From Octopus vulgaris (Eukaryota), in contig OX597820.1 in assembly GCA_951406725.2 (NCBI GenBank), positions 14,880,001 through 14,944,000 of the forward strand: a DNA stretch of 64,000 nt. Direction: 5' to 3'. Position 1 is the first letter of the stretch. Every line of letters starts with the position of its first letter. The notes under the pieces were generated by a model. That model ran no database searches and was not told the origin of the DNA. It saw nothing but the letters and a program-made list of their open reading frames with translations. The translations under genes were made by a program, and so were the position numbers. Of the stretch, positions 1-12,510 are shown in pieces.

Positions 1-158
1 GAGAACATTTCATTTTTCGTCTGCTACACTATTTAAGCTGAACACCAATTCTTAATGGGTCTATCTGTCTATCTGCCTCTCTCTCCCCAAGGGCCTAGGA
101 GACACTTAACACTACATACTTCTCCCTCTCTCTCATAATATATTTATACACACACATA

Positions 159-337
159 CACATATATATATAACAAGAATAAGAACGGTGAAATTCACAT
201 CTTATATATAATACCTATATATAAGTATATATACATATATATTCTTATACATACCTATATATGTGTGTATATACTTTATATATATATATATATATTTCTT
301 ACATATATATTCTTATATATACGTACATATGTGTGTG

Positions 338-368
<31 letters not shown>

Positions 369-471
369 GTATATATATATGTATGTATGTATGTGTGTAT
401 ATATATATATGTATGTGTATATATATGTATATATATGTATGTATATATATATATACACACACACACATGTA

Positions 472-516
<45 letters not shown>
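159..516. repeat. (TA)n/(TATG)n compound microsatellite
   Basis: Visible dinucleotide and tetranucleotide tract; the ORFs here are Y/I/C/M low-complexity artefacts. Confidence 0.95.
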
Positions 517-520
<4 letters not shown>

Positions 521-1120
521 GACAGTGACAATGGGAGCAGCCCTTAACTACCTCCATATGTAGCTTCATATTGAAGTAACGTATATTATTAGGAGCACAC
601 CCTCACACATACATCTACACACACACACACACACAGACACATACAGTTGTGTGCAAACTCTTATCTAAGCTGCTGCTGCTTCTCGTCTTCCTCCTCCCCC
701 CTCTCCTCTTCTGCTTTTTTTTGTGTTGATATAACATGGTGTATATTTGCTCATTTCCTGAAACGGCCTTTTTGTTCATCTCAACTTCCACAAACACACA
801 CACATAAAAGAGAATAAAGAAAATAAAAAAATGAAGATATCTTCTCCCTTTCAGACAGTCGCACAGAAATACCATTAAACATCTGCACCTCCATTTAATG
901 CAAATATTCTCTTTGTAACAAAACAAAAAATAAAATAAAATAACAAAACAAAACACCCCAACTATCTTCTGCCCCAACCTGATTCCTCTGCCTAGATTCA
1001 CCCCTACCAAATTTAAACATCTGTCTGTCTGTGCGCAGTTTTACTTATTCTGTTCTAAGCTTAACATTGATCCGTCCATCTTGTTTTATAATCAGTCCTT
1101 CACTTCCTTAGATTATTTAA

Positions 1121-1491
1121 CCGTTTAGCATTCAGATTACCCTCTCAAATGTAATGCTTATTTTATTCCTATTGCCCTGAATTAATCCTGCATTATCTCA
1201 TAGCTTTGAGATTTCAATGATGTGATTGTTTATTTTTACAATGACATGGCATTAGGAAGGGCATCCAGCTGTAGAAACTCTGCCAGATCAAGATTGGAGC
1301 CTGGTGCAGCCATCTGGTTTGCCAGTCCTCAGTCAAATCGTCCAACCCATGCTAGCATGGAAAGCAGACATTAAACGATGATGATGATGATGATGATTGT
1401 AGGGTAGGTGCAAGAGGCCAGATCTCACTAGTTTGAACATAAAACATGTTGGGTATTTGGGCTGGATATGGTCAGTTTAAATGCTAAACGG
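1121..1491 (+). mobile_element. piggyBac-like MITE, interrupted by a SINE 3' fragment at ~1248-1397
   Basis: TIRs CCGTTTAGCATT / AATGCTAAACGG, flanked by TTAA at 1117-1120 and 1492-1495. Confidence 0.8.
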
Positions 1492-1495
1492 TTAA

Positions 1496-1718
1496 CCCTT
1501 TAGCATTCATATTACTCTCTGAAATGTTCTGCTCATTTATTCACATTGTTTTTAATTAATTATGCATTTTACTTCATAGCTTCAATGTTTCAACAATGTG
1601 ATTGTTTATATTCATAAAAAACATTGTAGGATAGGTATGAAAGGCTGGATCTGGCCAGTTTGAACATAAAACAGGTAGAACATTTTGGCTGGATATGGCC
1701 TATTCAATTGCTAAAGGG
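1496..1718 (+). mobile_element. Second copy of the same piggyBac-like MITE, head-to-tail with the first
   Basis: CCCTTTAGCATT...TGCTAAAGGG termini; shares the TTAA at 1492-1495; right flank is TGAA; internal sequence is homologous to 1121-1491. Confidence 0.75.
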
Positions 1719-1964
1719 TGAAACCATTGCAGCCTGCACCAGGTTCTCAGTGGTGCACTGGTCCATGTATATTTGTTGTTGATCCTTCTGTTTTTGTCCC
1801 CTAAGATCCCATCATTATGGTATGTTTAAGTCATCAGTAAGCAAATTTAACAATTGTGTAGCTGACTACTGAACTATACCCTCGTTACATAACTTGCTAG
1901 AGCTGGTTCCTTTTGAAGACACTAGGATGTATTCCAGTTCTATATTTAAGAGATGAGGAATTAT

Positions 1965-2121
1965 GTACATTATTTACATTCGACAGATATTTGTCCTCAT
2001 CTTGTTTGTTGTTTACACAATGTTTTGGCTGATATAAGAAGGCTGGAGGGTATATCAGCCGAAACATTGTGTTAACAACAAACAAGATGAGGACAAATAT
2101 CCGTCAAATGTAAATAATGTA
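1965..2121. mobile_element. Penelope-like pseudo-LTR remnant forming a long inverted repeat
   Basis: Arms TACATTATTTACATTCGACAGATATTTGTCCTCATCTTGTTTG... and its reverse complement; the centre carries GGCTG..CAGCC-GAAAC, a hammerhead 3' half. Confidence 0.6.
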
Positions 2122-3539
2122 GGATGCATTCTTTTTTACTCTAGGCGCAAGACCTGAAATTTTGGAGGAGAGTGAGGGGCAGTCGATTAGAGTGACCCCA
2201 GTACGCAATTGGTACATAATTTATCGATCCCAAAAGGATGAAAGGCAAAGTCAACCTCGGCAGAATTTGAACTCAGAACGTAAAGACATGAAATATCACT
2301 AAGCATTTCACCCAGCTGCTAATGTGCATTCAGTTAATTGTTTGGTTATCCAGCTTTTTGTGTTTTGAGGTTAGATTGTGGTGTGACACAGAGCTAGGTT
2401 CTGAGATCCATCTCACATATTGCAGTACAAGGCATGCAAACGTGTCACTCGCTGTAAATATGATAGTATAAGCATTATACATGGCATAAAGCACAATATA
2501 TAATATATATGCCTGCATGGAAGGTGGATGTTAAACGATGATGAAGATTAATAGTTATCGCTAAGCTAACATGGCAGTCCAGAAAAATAGGACAAATGCC
2601 GCTGTTGATTAGCTCCAAGAGGCCGTTGCCTCTAGCTAGTTATGTGACACACAAAACTGATGACGATGATATATATACACAATAAAATACAGAAAACATA
2701 TATAGTATTTTGTGTTTTCTAAAATGTATGTGTTTTGGCAAATTACTGCTTCTTAGTATACAAGTTCAAACCTTGCCGTTATCTTTCTGGGATTAGCTGA
2801 GCCATTGTTAGTTACCCATTGCTAGTTGGCAATCTGTCAGTTATAATAATGAGTACTCCAGCTGATCTGATCAATGGAACAGCCTGCTCATGAAATTAAT
2901 CTGCAAGTGGCCGAGTACTCCACAGACACACATACCCTTAATGTAGTTCTTTGGGAGATTCAGCATGACACAAAATGTGAAAAGGCTGGCCCTTTGAATT
3001 ACAGGTGCAACTGGTTTTTTGCCACCTGAGTGGACTGGAGCAATGTGAGATAAAATATCTTGCTCAAGAACATAACATGCTACTAGGAATTGAACTCATA
3101 TCATCACAGTTGTCAGCTAATATTTTGTCTGTCTTTACGTTCTGAATTCAATTTCCACCGAGGTCGACTTTGCCTTTCATCCTTTCGGGGTCGACAAATT
3201 AAGTACCAATGAAATCGCCCAGTCCCTTCCCCCAAAACTTCAGGCCTTGTGCCTATAATAGAAAAGATTATTAACTGTATACTCCAGCCTCAAATATGTC
3301 CTTGTGTCTAATTAAAATAGATAATTAGTATGAAGCTATTTTGGTCTGATTGCTTCTACATTGTGTTTTGTTTTAGTTAAAACGTTTATTTTTATTAGGT
3401 TTTGGTTCTCTAAAGCAGTGCTCCTCAAACTACCTAATGTGGTGTACTAGCATTTTTTTTTCTTAGGTGCCTGGGACCCGGTAATATTTCTTAGTAATAT
3501 TAATTTATACCAGAAAGACAATATATATAATGAATATAA

Positions 3540-4975
3540 AGCGGCGAGCTGGCAGAATCGTTAGCACGCCGGGCGAAATGCTTTCGTCTGCCGCTACGTT
3601 CTGAGTCCAAATTCCGCCGAGGTCGACTTTGCCTTTCATCCTTTCGGGGTCGATAAATTAAGTACCAGTTATGCACTGGGGTCTATATAATCGACTTAAT
3701 CCGTTTGTCTGTCCTTGTTTCTCCTCTCTGTGTTTAGCCCCTTGTGTCTGCTGCTATATTCTGAGTTCAAATTCTGCTGAGGTTGACTTTGCCTTTCATC
3801 CTTTCGGGGTTGATAAATTAAGTACCAGTGAAAAGCCTGGGGTTGATGTCATCCACTACTCTACCCCCGCCACCGAAATTCAAGGTTTTGTGCCTCCAGT
3901 AGAAAGGATTATTATTATTAAGGCAGCAAGCTGGCAGTGTTATTAACATACTGGACAAAATGCTTAGTTTTTTCCATTCAGAGTTCAAATCCCACAGAGG
4001 TCAGTTTCACCTTTTATCCTTTTATGATTGATAAAAATAAAGTCCCAGTTGAACACTGGGGTCAATGTAAATGACTGGCTCCCTCCTGAAATTTCAGGCT
4101 TTGTGCCTGTAGTAGAAACAAATATTATGAAGAAGGTGAACTGGGAGAATCCTTGGCACCTTGGGCAAAATGCTTTGCCGTATTTCTTCTGGCTCTTTAT
4201 GTCCAGAGTTCAAATACTGCTGAAGTAAACTTTGTCATTCATCCTTCCAGGGTCAGTAAAATGAAGTACCAGTTACGTACTGGGGTCAATGTAATCAGCT
4301 ATTTCTTTCTCTCAAAATTACTGGCTTTGTGCCAAAATTAGAAACAAATTATTATTAAGGCGAGGGCAGCAAGGTGGCAGAATTGTTAGCATGCCAGGCA
4401 AAATGCTTAGCGGTATTTTGCCCTTTGGTACATTCTGAGTTCAAATTCTGCCGGGGTTGACTTTGCCTTTCATCCTTTTGGGGTCGATTAAATAAGTACC
4501 AGTTATGCACTGGGGTCGATATAATCGACTTAATCCGTTTGTCTGTCCTTGTTTGTCTCCTCTGTGTTTAGCCCCTTGTGGGCAGTAAAGAAATAGGTAT
4601 TTCCTCTGTCATATTCTGAGTTCAAATTCTGCTGAGGTCCACTTTGCCTTTCATCCTTTCAGGGTTGACGAAATAAGTACCAGTTACGCACAGGGGTCAA
4701 TGTAATCAACTAGCCCCCTTCCCCACCAAATTTTCCAAGGCCTTGTGCATAGAATAGAAATAATTATTATTAAGGCAGACTTGTTAACACGCCAGAGAAA
4801 ATGATTAGCAGCATTTCATCCATCTTATGCTTTGAGTTCAAATTCTGCTGAGGTCAACTTTGCCTTGTCATCCTTTCAGGGTCGATGAAATAAGTACCAG
4901 TTAAACACTGGGGGTCGATGTAATCGACTCATCCCCACCTTTCCCAAACAGCCCTTGTGGCAAAAATTTGAAATA
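3540..4975 (+). mobile_element. Tandem cluster of tRNA-derived SINE family A (Nin/Deu-like central domain)
   Basis: Repeated GGCGGCGAGCTGGCAGAATCGTTAG (A box)...GAGTTCAAATTCC (B box)...GTCGACTTTGCCTTTCATCCTTTCGGGGTCGATAAATTAAGTACC; about 7 CpG-decayed units. Confidence 0.9.
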
Positions 4976-4979
4976 CTCT

Positions 4980-5345
4980 ATTTGTTTCAGTCATTTGACT
5001 GTGGCCATGTTGGAACACCACCTTTATTTAGTTGAGCAAATCAACCCCAGGACTTATTCTTTGTAAGCCTAGTACTTATTCTATTGGTCTCTTTTGCCGA
5101 ACCGCTAAGTTACGGGGAGGTAAACACACCAGCATCGGTTGTCAAGCGATGTTGAGGGGGACAAACACAGACACACAAACACACGACAGGCTTCTTTCAG
5201 TTTCCGTCTACGAAATCCACTCAAGGCTTTGGTCGTCCCCAGGCTATAGTAGAAGACACTTGCCCAAGGTGCCATGCAGTGGGACTGAACCTGGAACCAT
5301 TTGGTTCGTAAGCAAGCTACTTACCACACAGCCACTCCTACGCCT
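4980..5345 (-). mobile_element. tRNA-derived CORE-like SINE family B
   Basis: Reverse complement of the GGCTGTGTGGTAAGTAGCTTG...CCTTGGGCAAGTGTCTT...GACTGAAACAA family; many other copies in the window. Confidence 0.85.
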
Positions 5346-6755
5346 ATAATTATTATTTCAAACTTAATGTAAAACCATTTTATTTTTCTAATTCACTTTT
5401 CTTAGCCAAATTTATAAGTGAAACAAAAAAAATGAAAACTGATAAATTACAAATTTTCTTGGATTGACTGAAAAGAAAAAAAATACACACACACACACAT
5501 ATATATATATATCTAAACATCCATTACACACAAACACACACATAAATATCCATTACACACACACACACACACATGCACTCAAGCATTTTTCTCTGAACAG
5601 AAAGGACAAACCTGTTGTATGAAACGAACCCCTTTTAATAAAACTGTTTTTGATCTCTTTGATGCATCTTCTCCCATCTCACCTAACACTTAACCGTGTC
5701 TCGTCCTTCTTGATGTCCCTATACTTGACCAGGTCAAGCATTCTATTTAATTTACGATTTGATTTATAATTAATTTGCTTATTTTTTATTTATTTAGTTT
5801 TGTTTTTTTGTTTTTGTTTATATATATGTATATGGTTTTTTTTTTTAAATTACAAAGAAGAAAAAAATTATAATGGTCTTTTCTCCCCCTCACCCTCTCT
5901 CCAATTTTTCTCTCTTTCTCAAATACATACACACACACACACACATGCATATGTACATACATAGGCATAAACACAATTTTATGAATTAATTTACTGAAAT
6001 GAAAAATAAAAAAAAAAAAGGTCCCCAAAAACTAAATATGTATTAAAACAAAAAAAAAAAAAAAAAGAGGGGGGAACAAAAACCTTGTGATTTACTTTTT
6101 GGACCTTGTCTTTATGCTGGACCCAACATCTTAAATATTTGTTGGGGCCAGCAGCTCTTGTTTATCTGTACATGTATGATGGCCTATTTTTTTATATATA
6201 CATATATATATATATATATATAAGGGTATTAGTTTGGATCAGTTTTGTTTTATCATGCTAGCCTAGGTTTCAGAATTTAAAGAAAAGAAAAAAGCAGAAA
6301 AAAAAATAGCCAGACAATGATTGTATTATTGGCAGAATGATAAATAAAATTAAATAAAAAGAAAAATAACAGAAAAATAAACAAAGTTTTAATACACAAT
6401 GTTGTTATTGTTTTGTGTTTTTTGTTATTTATTATTTGAAATTCCTGTTTTTTTTTATTTCTTGTTGTTCATCATCATCGTCATCGTTTAGCATCCACCT
6501 TCCATGCTGGCATAAGTCGGACAGTTTGATAGGAGCTGGCATGGCAAAAGACTACACCAGACCTCTGTGTCTGTTTTGGCAGGGTTTTTATGGCTGGATG
6601 CCCTTCCTACCCCTATCCTCCCCTCCTGAGTGGACTGAGTGTTTTTTACATGGCACCAGCATAAGCGAGGTCAGTTTTAGTAAGGTTCTTACAGCTGGAT
6701 GCCCTTCCAAATGCCAACCACTTTACAGTGTGGACTGGATGATTTTTATGTTGAA

Positions 6756-7375
6756 CTAGCTGCTGGACCCAGCGTTGCTCATGTTTTCCATGTTGAAGTT
6801 AAGCCCACCTCTGACCTTTTTTCGAAATTTTCTACATTCCCTGTGCCAACTATTACTCATTGAGATGTTGTATCTGGTTCGACAGGCTGTTGCAGGATGA
6901 GTAGATGTGTGGCAGGCGGAGGGAAAATGGTCAGAGCAGGCAACGGAGTTTTGTTGATGGAGCGGAGTTTTTGCGGCCAACAATGTGTTCAGTGGTGCAG
7001 AGGACACGAATGTAAATAAGCATTTCCTTAGAGACTATTCTATCAATTTTGTTGAAATTTTACATGAGAAAAAATGCAAAAGCTGCAGGGAAAAATAGCA
7101 TCATTATGGAAATTTCCATTCAAACACCAAACTGAGCTCACAAAAATCGATGCCAACTGAGCATTATTGAGTTTTCAAAAAGTTTCAGCCTTATTTGAAC
7201 TTCAGGGCATGTGATCTACCTATGTGCCAAAAATCACTAAAATAGGTTGGGCAGTGTGGGAGGAGTTAGAGTAACCTCAAACACACACACAGACACCATT
7301 ACACTTTTTTTTTTACTCTCTAGTTTCAGCTCAGAGCTGCGGCCATGCTGATGCACCGCCGTTTATGTATATAGA
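6756..7375 (-). mobile_element. Non-autonomous Helitron-like element
   Basis: On the minus strand, the 3' end is GAGCAACGCTGGGTCCAGCAGCTAG (hairpin + CTAG), matching the ends at 36389 and 37636; the 5' end is TCTATATACATAA at 7375. Confidence 0.6.
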
Positions 7376-7879
7376 TTTCAAAAACCATCTATGTTTGGAA
7401 GATGATAAAGTCTCTCTACTTAGCCACCAGCAGCTTCACAACCCTTTAGCATTCAAATTATTCTCCAAAATATAATCTTTCATCTTTCACTTGTTTCAGA
7501 ATGTGACTATTGTTTTAGAATGCACCCACTACACTCTCGGAGTGGTTGGCGTTAGGAAGGGCATCCAGCTGTAGAAACATTGCCAGATCAGATTTGAGCC
7601 TGGTAACCCATGCCAGCATGGAAAACGGACATTAAACGATGATGATGATGAGCAGGCTGTCCTATTAATCAGATTAGGTAGAGTACTCATTGTCGTAACT
7701 GACAGAATGCCAACAGCAGCTTCACAACCCTTTAGCGTTCAAATTATCCCAGAAAGATAACTGCAAGGTTTGTACTTATATGGTTTATACTAAGAAGCAA
7801 GTCCTAGCAGTAATTTGCCAAAACACATGCATTTTAAAAAGCACAAAATACTATATATGTTTTCTGTATTTTATTATCT

Positions 7880-8165
7880 GTGTGGCTCAGTGGTTAGAGC
7901 ATGAGGTTCACAATCTCAAAGAGAGTTCAATTCCCGGACTGAGCTATGAGTTGTGTTCTTGAACAAAACACTTTATTTCACGTTGCTCCAATTCAATCGT
8001 CTGTAATAATGAGTTTTGACATCACTGGTGCCAAGCTGTATCGGCTTGTGTGCATGGAGGACTGTTGGTCTTTCATAAACAACCTTGCCTGGACTTGTGC
8101 TTCAGACAGGAACGTTCTAGGTGCAATCCCATGGTCATTCATGACCTAAGGGGGTCTTTACCCTT
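7880..8165 (+). mobile_element. tRNA-derived CORE-SINE family C
   Basis: TGGCTCAGTGGTTAGAGC A box, GAGTTCAATTCCC B box, TGTGTTCTTGAACAAAACACTT core-like motif; homologous to 44614-44950. Confidence 0.8.
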
Positions 8166-8559
8166 TTATCATATATATATATATATATATATATATGCTT
8201 GGATAATAAGTGTGGCAGAGCTACACCAAATGATTGGTTTCATTCATTTGTCACTGAATTTCTGGACCAGTGGCAAGATGGGTAATGTTGCTTGGAGGTG
8301 TTCTAAGGATGTTCCAGCATGACCAGAGTAATCCACATATCTCATGCTCTGTGGTACACTTACTACTTATTGAAATTTGACCGCTGATGCTTATATTTTC
8401 TTCATGAATTCCTTGAGAAGTCCAGTCTTCATATCTCTAACGGGACAGACAAGCCCATAAAGAATTTCACAGAGAGTTTAAGAGTTTTTGACTATCCTCA
8501 ACATAGTTTAGCTTGCTAGCAACTTTACCCAAGAAGTTACACACAACTGTATGTCTGTT

Positions 8560-9079
8560 AAGTTCGCCGTCATCAATTCACTGCGGGGCAAAGTTTGCCG
8601 TCATCAATTCACTGCGGGGCAAAGTTTGCCGTCATCAATTCACTGCGGGGCAAAGTTTGCCGTCATCAATTCATTGCGGGGCAAAGTTCGCCGTCATCAA
8701 TTCATTGCGGGGCAAAGTTCGCCGTCATCAATTCACTGCGGGGCAAAGTTCGCCGTCATCAATTCACTGCGGGGCAAAGTTCGCCGTCATCAATTCACTG
8801 CGGGGCAAAGTTCGCCGTCATCAATTCACTGCGGGGCAAAGTTCGCCGTCATCAATTCACTGCGGGGCAAAGTTCGCTGTCATCAATTCACTGCGGGGCA
8901 AAGTTCGCCGTCATCAATTCACTGCGGGGCAAAGTTCACCGTCATCAATTCACTGCGGGGCAAAGTTCACCGTCATCAATTCACTGCGGGGCAAAGTTCA
9001 CCGTCATCAATTCACTGCGGGACAAAGTTTGCCGTCATCAATTCACAGCAGGAAAAGTTCACTGTCATCAATTCACCAT
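8560..9079 (+). repeat. 31-bp GC-rich minisatellite (~16-17 units) with a downstream inverted arm at 9129-9170
   Basis: Unit AAGTTCGCCGTCATCAATTCACTGCGGGGCA, period 31, no spacers. Confidence 0.95.
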
Positions 9080-9811
9080 TTTTTTTTCTATAAAACTGTT
9101 TTTAACTATTAATGGTGAGGTACTATACATGGTGAATTGATGATAGTGAAGTTTCCCTGTTGTGAACTTATCTGTAATCACAGAACTGCATATAAACAAT
9201 TTGTGGAGTCACAGCCAAGAGATGGATTATAAAGTTTGATGGATCTGCATCAGATGACTGTTAATTTGTCATTGAATTTATGGACTAGTGGATTGTGACA
9301 TCTGAAGATGTAATAGTCAGAAATGATATCTGTTATATGGTTTCTCTGGGAGTCAACTCCATACATGAAGCTGCATATGACTTCCTGCCCTTGAATCCAA
9401 ACCTGGTGAAGAAGGTGGGAGGGAATTAGATAACTCTAATATACACATTCTGACAAAGCAAGCAGACTGTGGATCATATCCTGAGTTCATGCAAAGTGGA
9501 ATTAACCCAAGCAAGGCACACATGGAGACACAATCAGGTACCTAAAGAGATCTTACATGTACACTTTTATACATATACACCTCAGATGTGAGTGCACATA
9601 TGTGTGTATATATATATTACATGCATATCATCATCATTATTAGTGTCTGTGGTCCATGCTGGCATGGGTTGGACAGTTTGATCAGGGCTGGCAAGCTGCA
9701 TCAAACTCCAGTCTGATTTGGCATTGTTTCTATGGCTAGATGCCCTTTCTAACACCAACCACTCTGAGACTAATGGATGCTTTTGTATCCCACATTATAT
9801 ATATATATATA

Positions 9812-10349
9812 TATTATATAAAATCCCTTCTGTCTGTCTGGGTGTGTATCTCTTCTAGGATCTTGGGCATCCTCCATTCGATTGTGCTCAAATTTGATAT
9901 GTAGATACCGACAGTATCAGGGCATGTATAATTCTTGGAAATATTCCAGGTGAGAATGCGATTGACAAAGCCATGGGAACATGCATTTGTACGCACAAGT
10001 ACATCAGCTGTTGCGATCAATACTACACATACGTGAGAAAAATGCACAAGCAGTTTGCACAAAAAAAGCCAGCTGGCTTGAAATAATACCACAAAAAGCA
10101 GTGTATTTAAGAGACCAAAAAAGTAAGATGCAAAAGAGATATTTTCTTCAAACTTGGCATGAAGGAAGGAAAGACTATTTGGTTTCTCAAGAAGTTTTTT
10201 TTTGCCTTAACTTTATTTAACAAAACCAAAAATTTTATTGAAATAATGGCATGCTTAATTATTTCTTAATGAAAAGAAAACAGATTGCTTTTTATTCAGC
10301 AGATATGATTCAGCACCATCCATTGGACGGGAGGGGGGCGTTTTGCTTG
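9812..10349 (+). mobile_element. Non-autonomous Helitron-like element (same family as 39791-40164)
   Basis: 5' TATATAAAATCCCTTCTGTCTGTCTG...; 3' hairpin CCATCCATTGGACGG followed by GCTTG; homologous to the reverse complement of 39791-40164. Confidence 0.65.
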
Positions 10350-10696
10350 TATATTTATCATGGTCATGTGACCAACCAGACTCTCAGATGTTATACATCG
10401 CTGGTCACAATGCACTTTGCATCTTTTTAACTTTCAAATGATGCCACACCACTCTGATTGGAGGGCTTTTCTGTTGCAGGGTGACCCTTTTACAGCTGAG
10501 TGGACTGGAACAATGTGAAATTATGTTTTTTGCTCAAGAACACAACATAATACCCAGTTCAAGAATTGAACCCATGAACTGGTAATCATGAATGCAACAC
10601 CTAACCACTAGGCCATATGCCTTCACACACACATGTATTAAAGGGCGAAACAATCCAAAATACTATAATGTTTTGGTAGAATCTGCAGAGTGATGA

Positions 10697-11096
10697 AGGC
10701 GGTGAGCTGGCAAAATCGTTAGTACGCCGGGCGAAATGCTTATCAGCATTTTGTCTGCTGTTACATTCAGAGTTCAAATTCAGCCGAGGTCAACTTTGCC
10801 ATTCATCCTTTCGGGTCTATAAATTATGTACCAGTTACGCATTGGGGTCAATATAATCGACTTAATTCGTGTGTCTGTCCTTGTTTGTCCCCTCTGTGTT
10901 TAGCTCCTTGTGGGTAGTAAAGAAATAGGTATTTCGTCTGCCTTTACGTTCTGAGTTCAAATTCTGCCAAGGTCGACTTTGCATTTCATCCTTTTGGGGT
11001 CAATAAATTAAGTACCAGTTATGCACTAGGGTTGATGTAATTGACTTAATTCCTTTGTCTGTCCTTGTTTAGCCCCTTGTGGGCAATAAAGAAATA
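10697..11096 (+). mobile_element. SINE A, dimeric copy with ~18-bp TSD
   Basis: Flanks AGAATCTGCAGAGTGATG (10678-10695) and AGAATCCGTAGAATGATG (11097-11114). Confidence 0.85.
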
Positions 11097-11607
11097 AGAA
11101 TCCGTAGAATGATGGACAAAAATCTTTTCTAATTGTTAATTGTGTATTTCTATCTTCTGACTTGAAATCTCATTAAATCTAAAGTAATAAAAGGTGAGTA
11201 TGGGGCAGATGTGTTTTATCTAATTGACTATTCTTTCTTCCAAGTTTAAGGAGCAGGAATAACTAAGTTTGCACGAACATGATTTTAAGTTCACTTCTAA
11301 TGTGTAATAACTTGGGTGTGTCTTCTACTATAGCCCCAGATTCACCAATGACTTATGAGTGAATTTGGTAAACAGAAACCATGCCAAGCCCATTGTATAA
11401 TATATCACCAACATTTTAATGTCCATTTTTTTTTTTTATTGTTGGATGGAGTTTATTAAAGTGGATTTTCTCACAGCCAGCTGCCCTTCCTATCACCAGT
11501 CTTTATCTGTTTCCAATCAAAGTAATATTTCTCCATGACCAGACATGTTTTCACAGCCTTATTAGTGGACTTGGTAGTCACAAACTGGAAGAAGCCCATT
11601 TTATATG

Positions 11608-11985
11608 GTTGCGTGGTAAGTAGCTTGTTTACCAACCACATGGTTCCGGGTTCAGTCACACTGCATGGCACCTTGGGTAAGTGTCTTCTACTATAGCCTC
11701 GGGCCGACCAAAGCCCTGTGAGTGGATTTGGTAGACGGAAACTGAAAGAAGCCCGTCGTATATATGTATATTTATATATGAGTGTGTGTGTCTGTGTTTG
11801 TCCCCCTAGCATTGCTTGACAACCGATGCTGGTGTGTTTATGTCCCCGTTACTTAGCGGTTTGACAAAAGAGACCGATAGAATAAGTACTGGGCTTACAA
11901 AAGAATAAGTCCCGGGATCGAGTTGCTCGATTAAAGGCGGTGCTCCAGCATGGCCGCAGTCAAATGACTGAAACAAGTAAAAGAG
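11608..11985 (+). mobile_element. SINE family B, near full length, with internal microsatellite
   Basis: Matches the family B consensus seen at 18136, 28280, 33441 and 40256. Confidence 0.85.
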
Positions 11986-12071
11986 AATATATATATGCTG
12001 GAGTAAGCACATAAATGTGAAACAAGGTGGAAAAAAAGAGTACTCAAATACCAGAGGTAGAGTAATATGCT

Positions 12072-12220
12072 TTATTTAAAAGGAGCAGAAATATAACAAA
12101 AGTTGTTACTTGGAGTTTCATGTTCCTGTTCAGACAGTTTTGTTAACAAAACTGTCCAACGAATGGGAACATGAAACTCTGAGTAACAGCTTTTGATATA
12201 TTTCTGCTGCTTTTAAATAT
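12072..12220. mobile_element. Palindromic Penelope-like remnant with a degenerate hammerhead motif
   Basis: Inverted repeat centred at ~12144; + strand reads CTGT-CCAACGA-ATG GGAA CAT-GAA-ACTC T GAGT-A-ACAG at 12152-12189. Confidence 0.55.
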
Positions 12221-12455
12221 ATATATAAAAATCAAAATAATCAACTGGATATCCAGAGCTACAATCATTTCAAGCAACTCCATTAAATTGAACAATGCAA
12301 CCAGTACAATTTAAATGCAGAGCAATCCTCAGCTGCATAAATACATAGAATTGAATTAAATTAAATTAAAACAGATAGGCACATTTAGTATAATTTTACC
12401 TAAAACCTCCAAGAAGGTAAGGAGATAGACAAAGACCATGGTGTCTTCACTTCAG

Positions 12456-12510
<55 letters not shown>

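Noticed and set aside
6756-7007. 83-aa minus-strand ORF as an exon
   Set aside because: It lies inside a Helitron-like element, its stop coincides with the terminal CTAG, and it has no recognisable domain.
8513-9140. 31-bp repeats as a CRISPR array, and the 180-199 aa ORFs as genes
   Set aside because: Units are contiguous with no spacers and no cas genes. The ORFs are open in all three frames only because the unit lacks stops.
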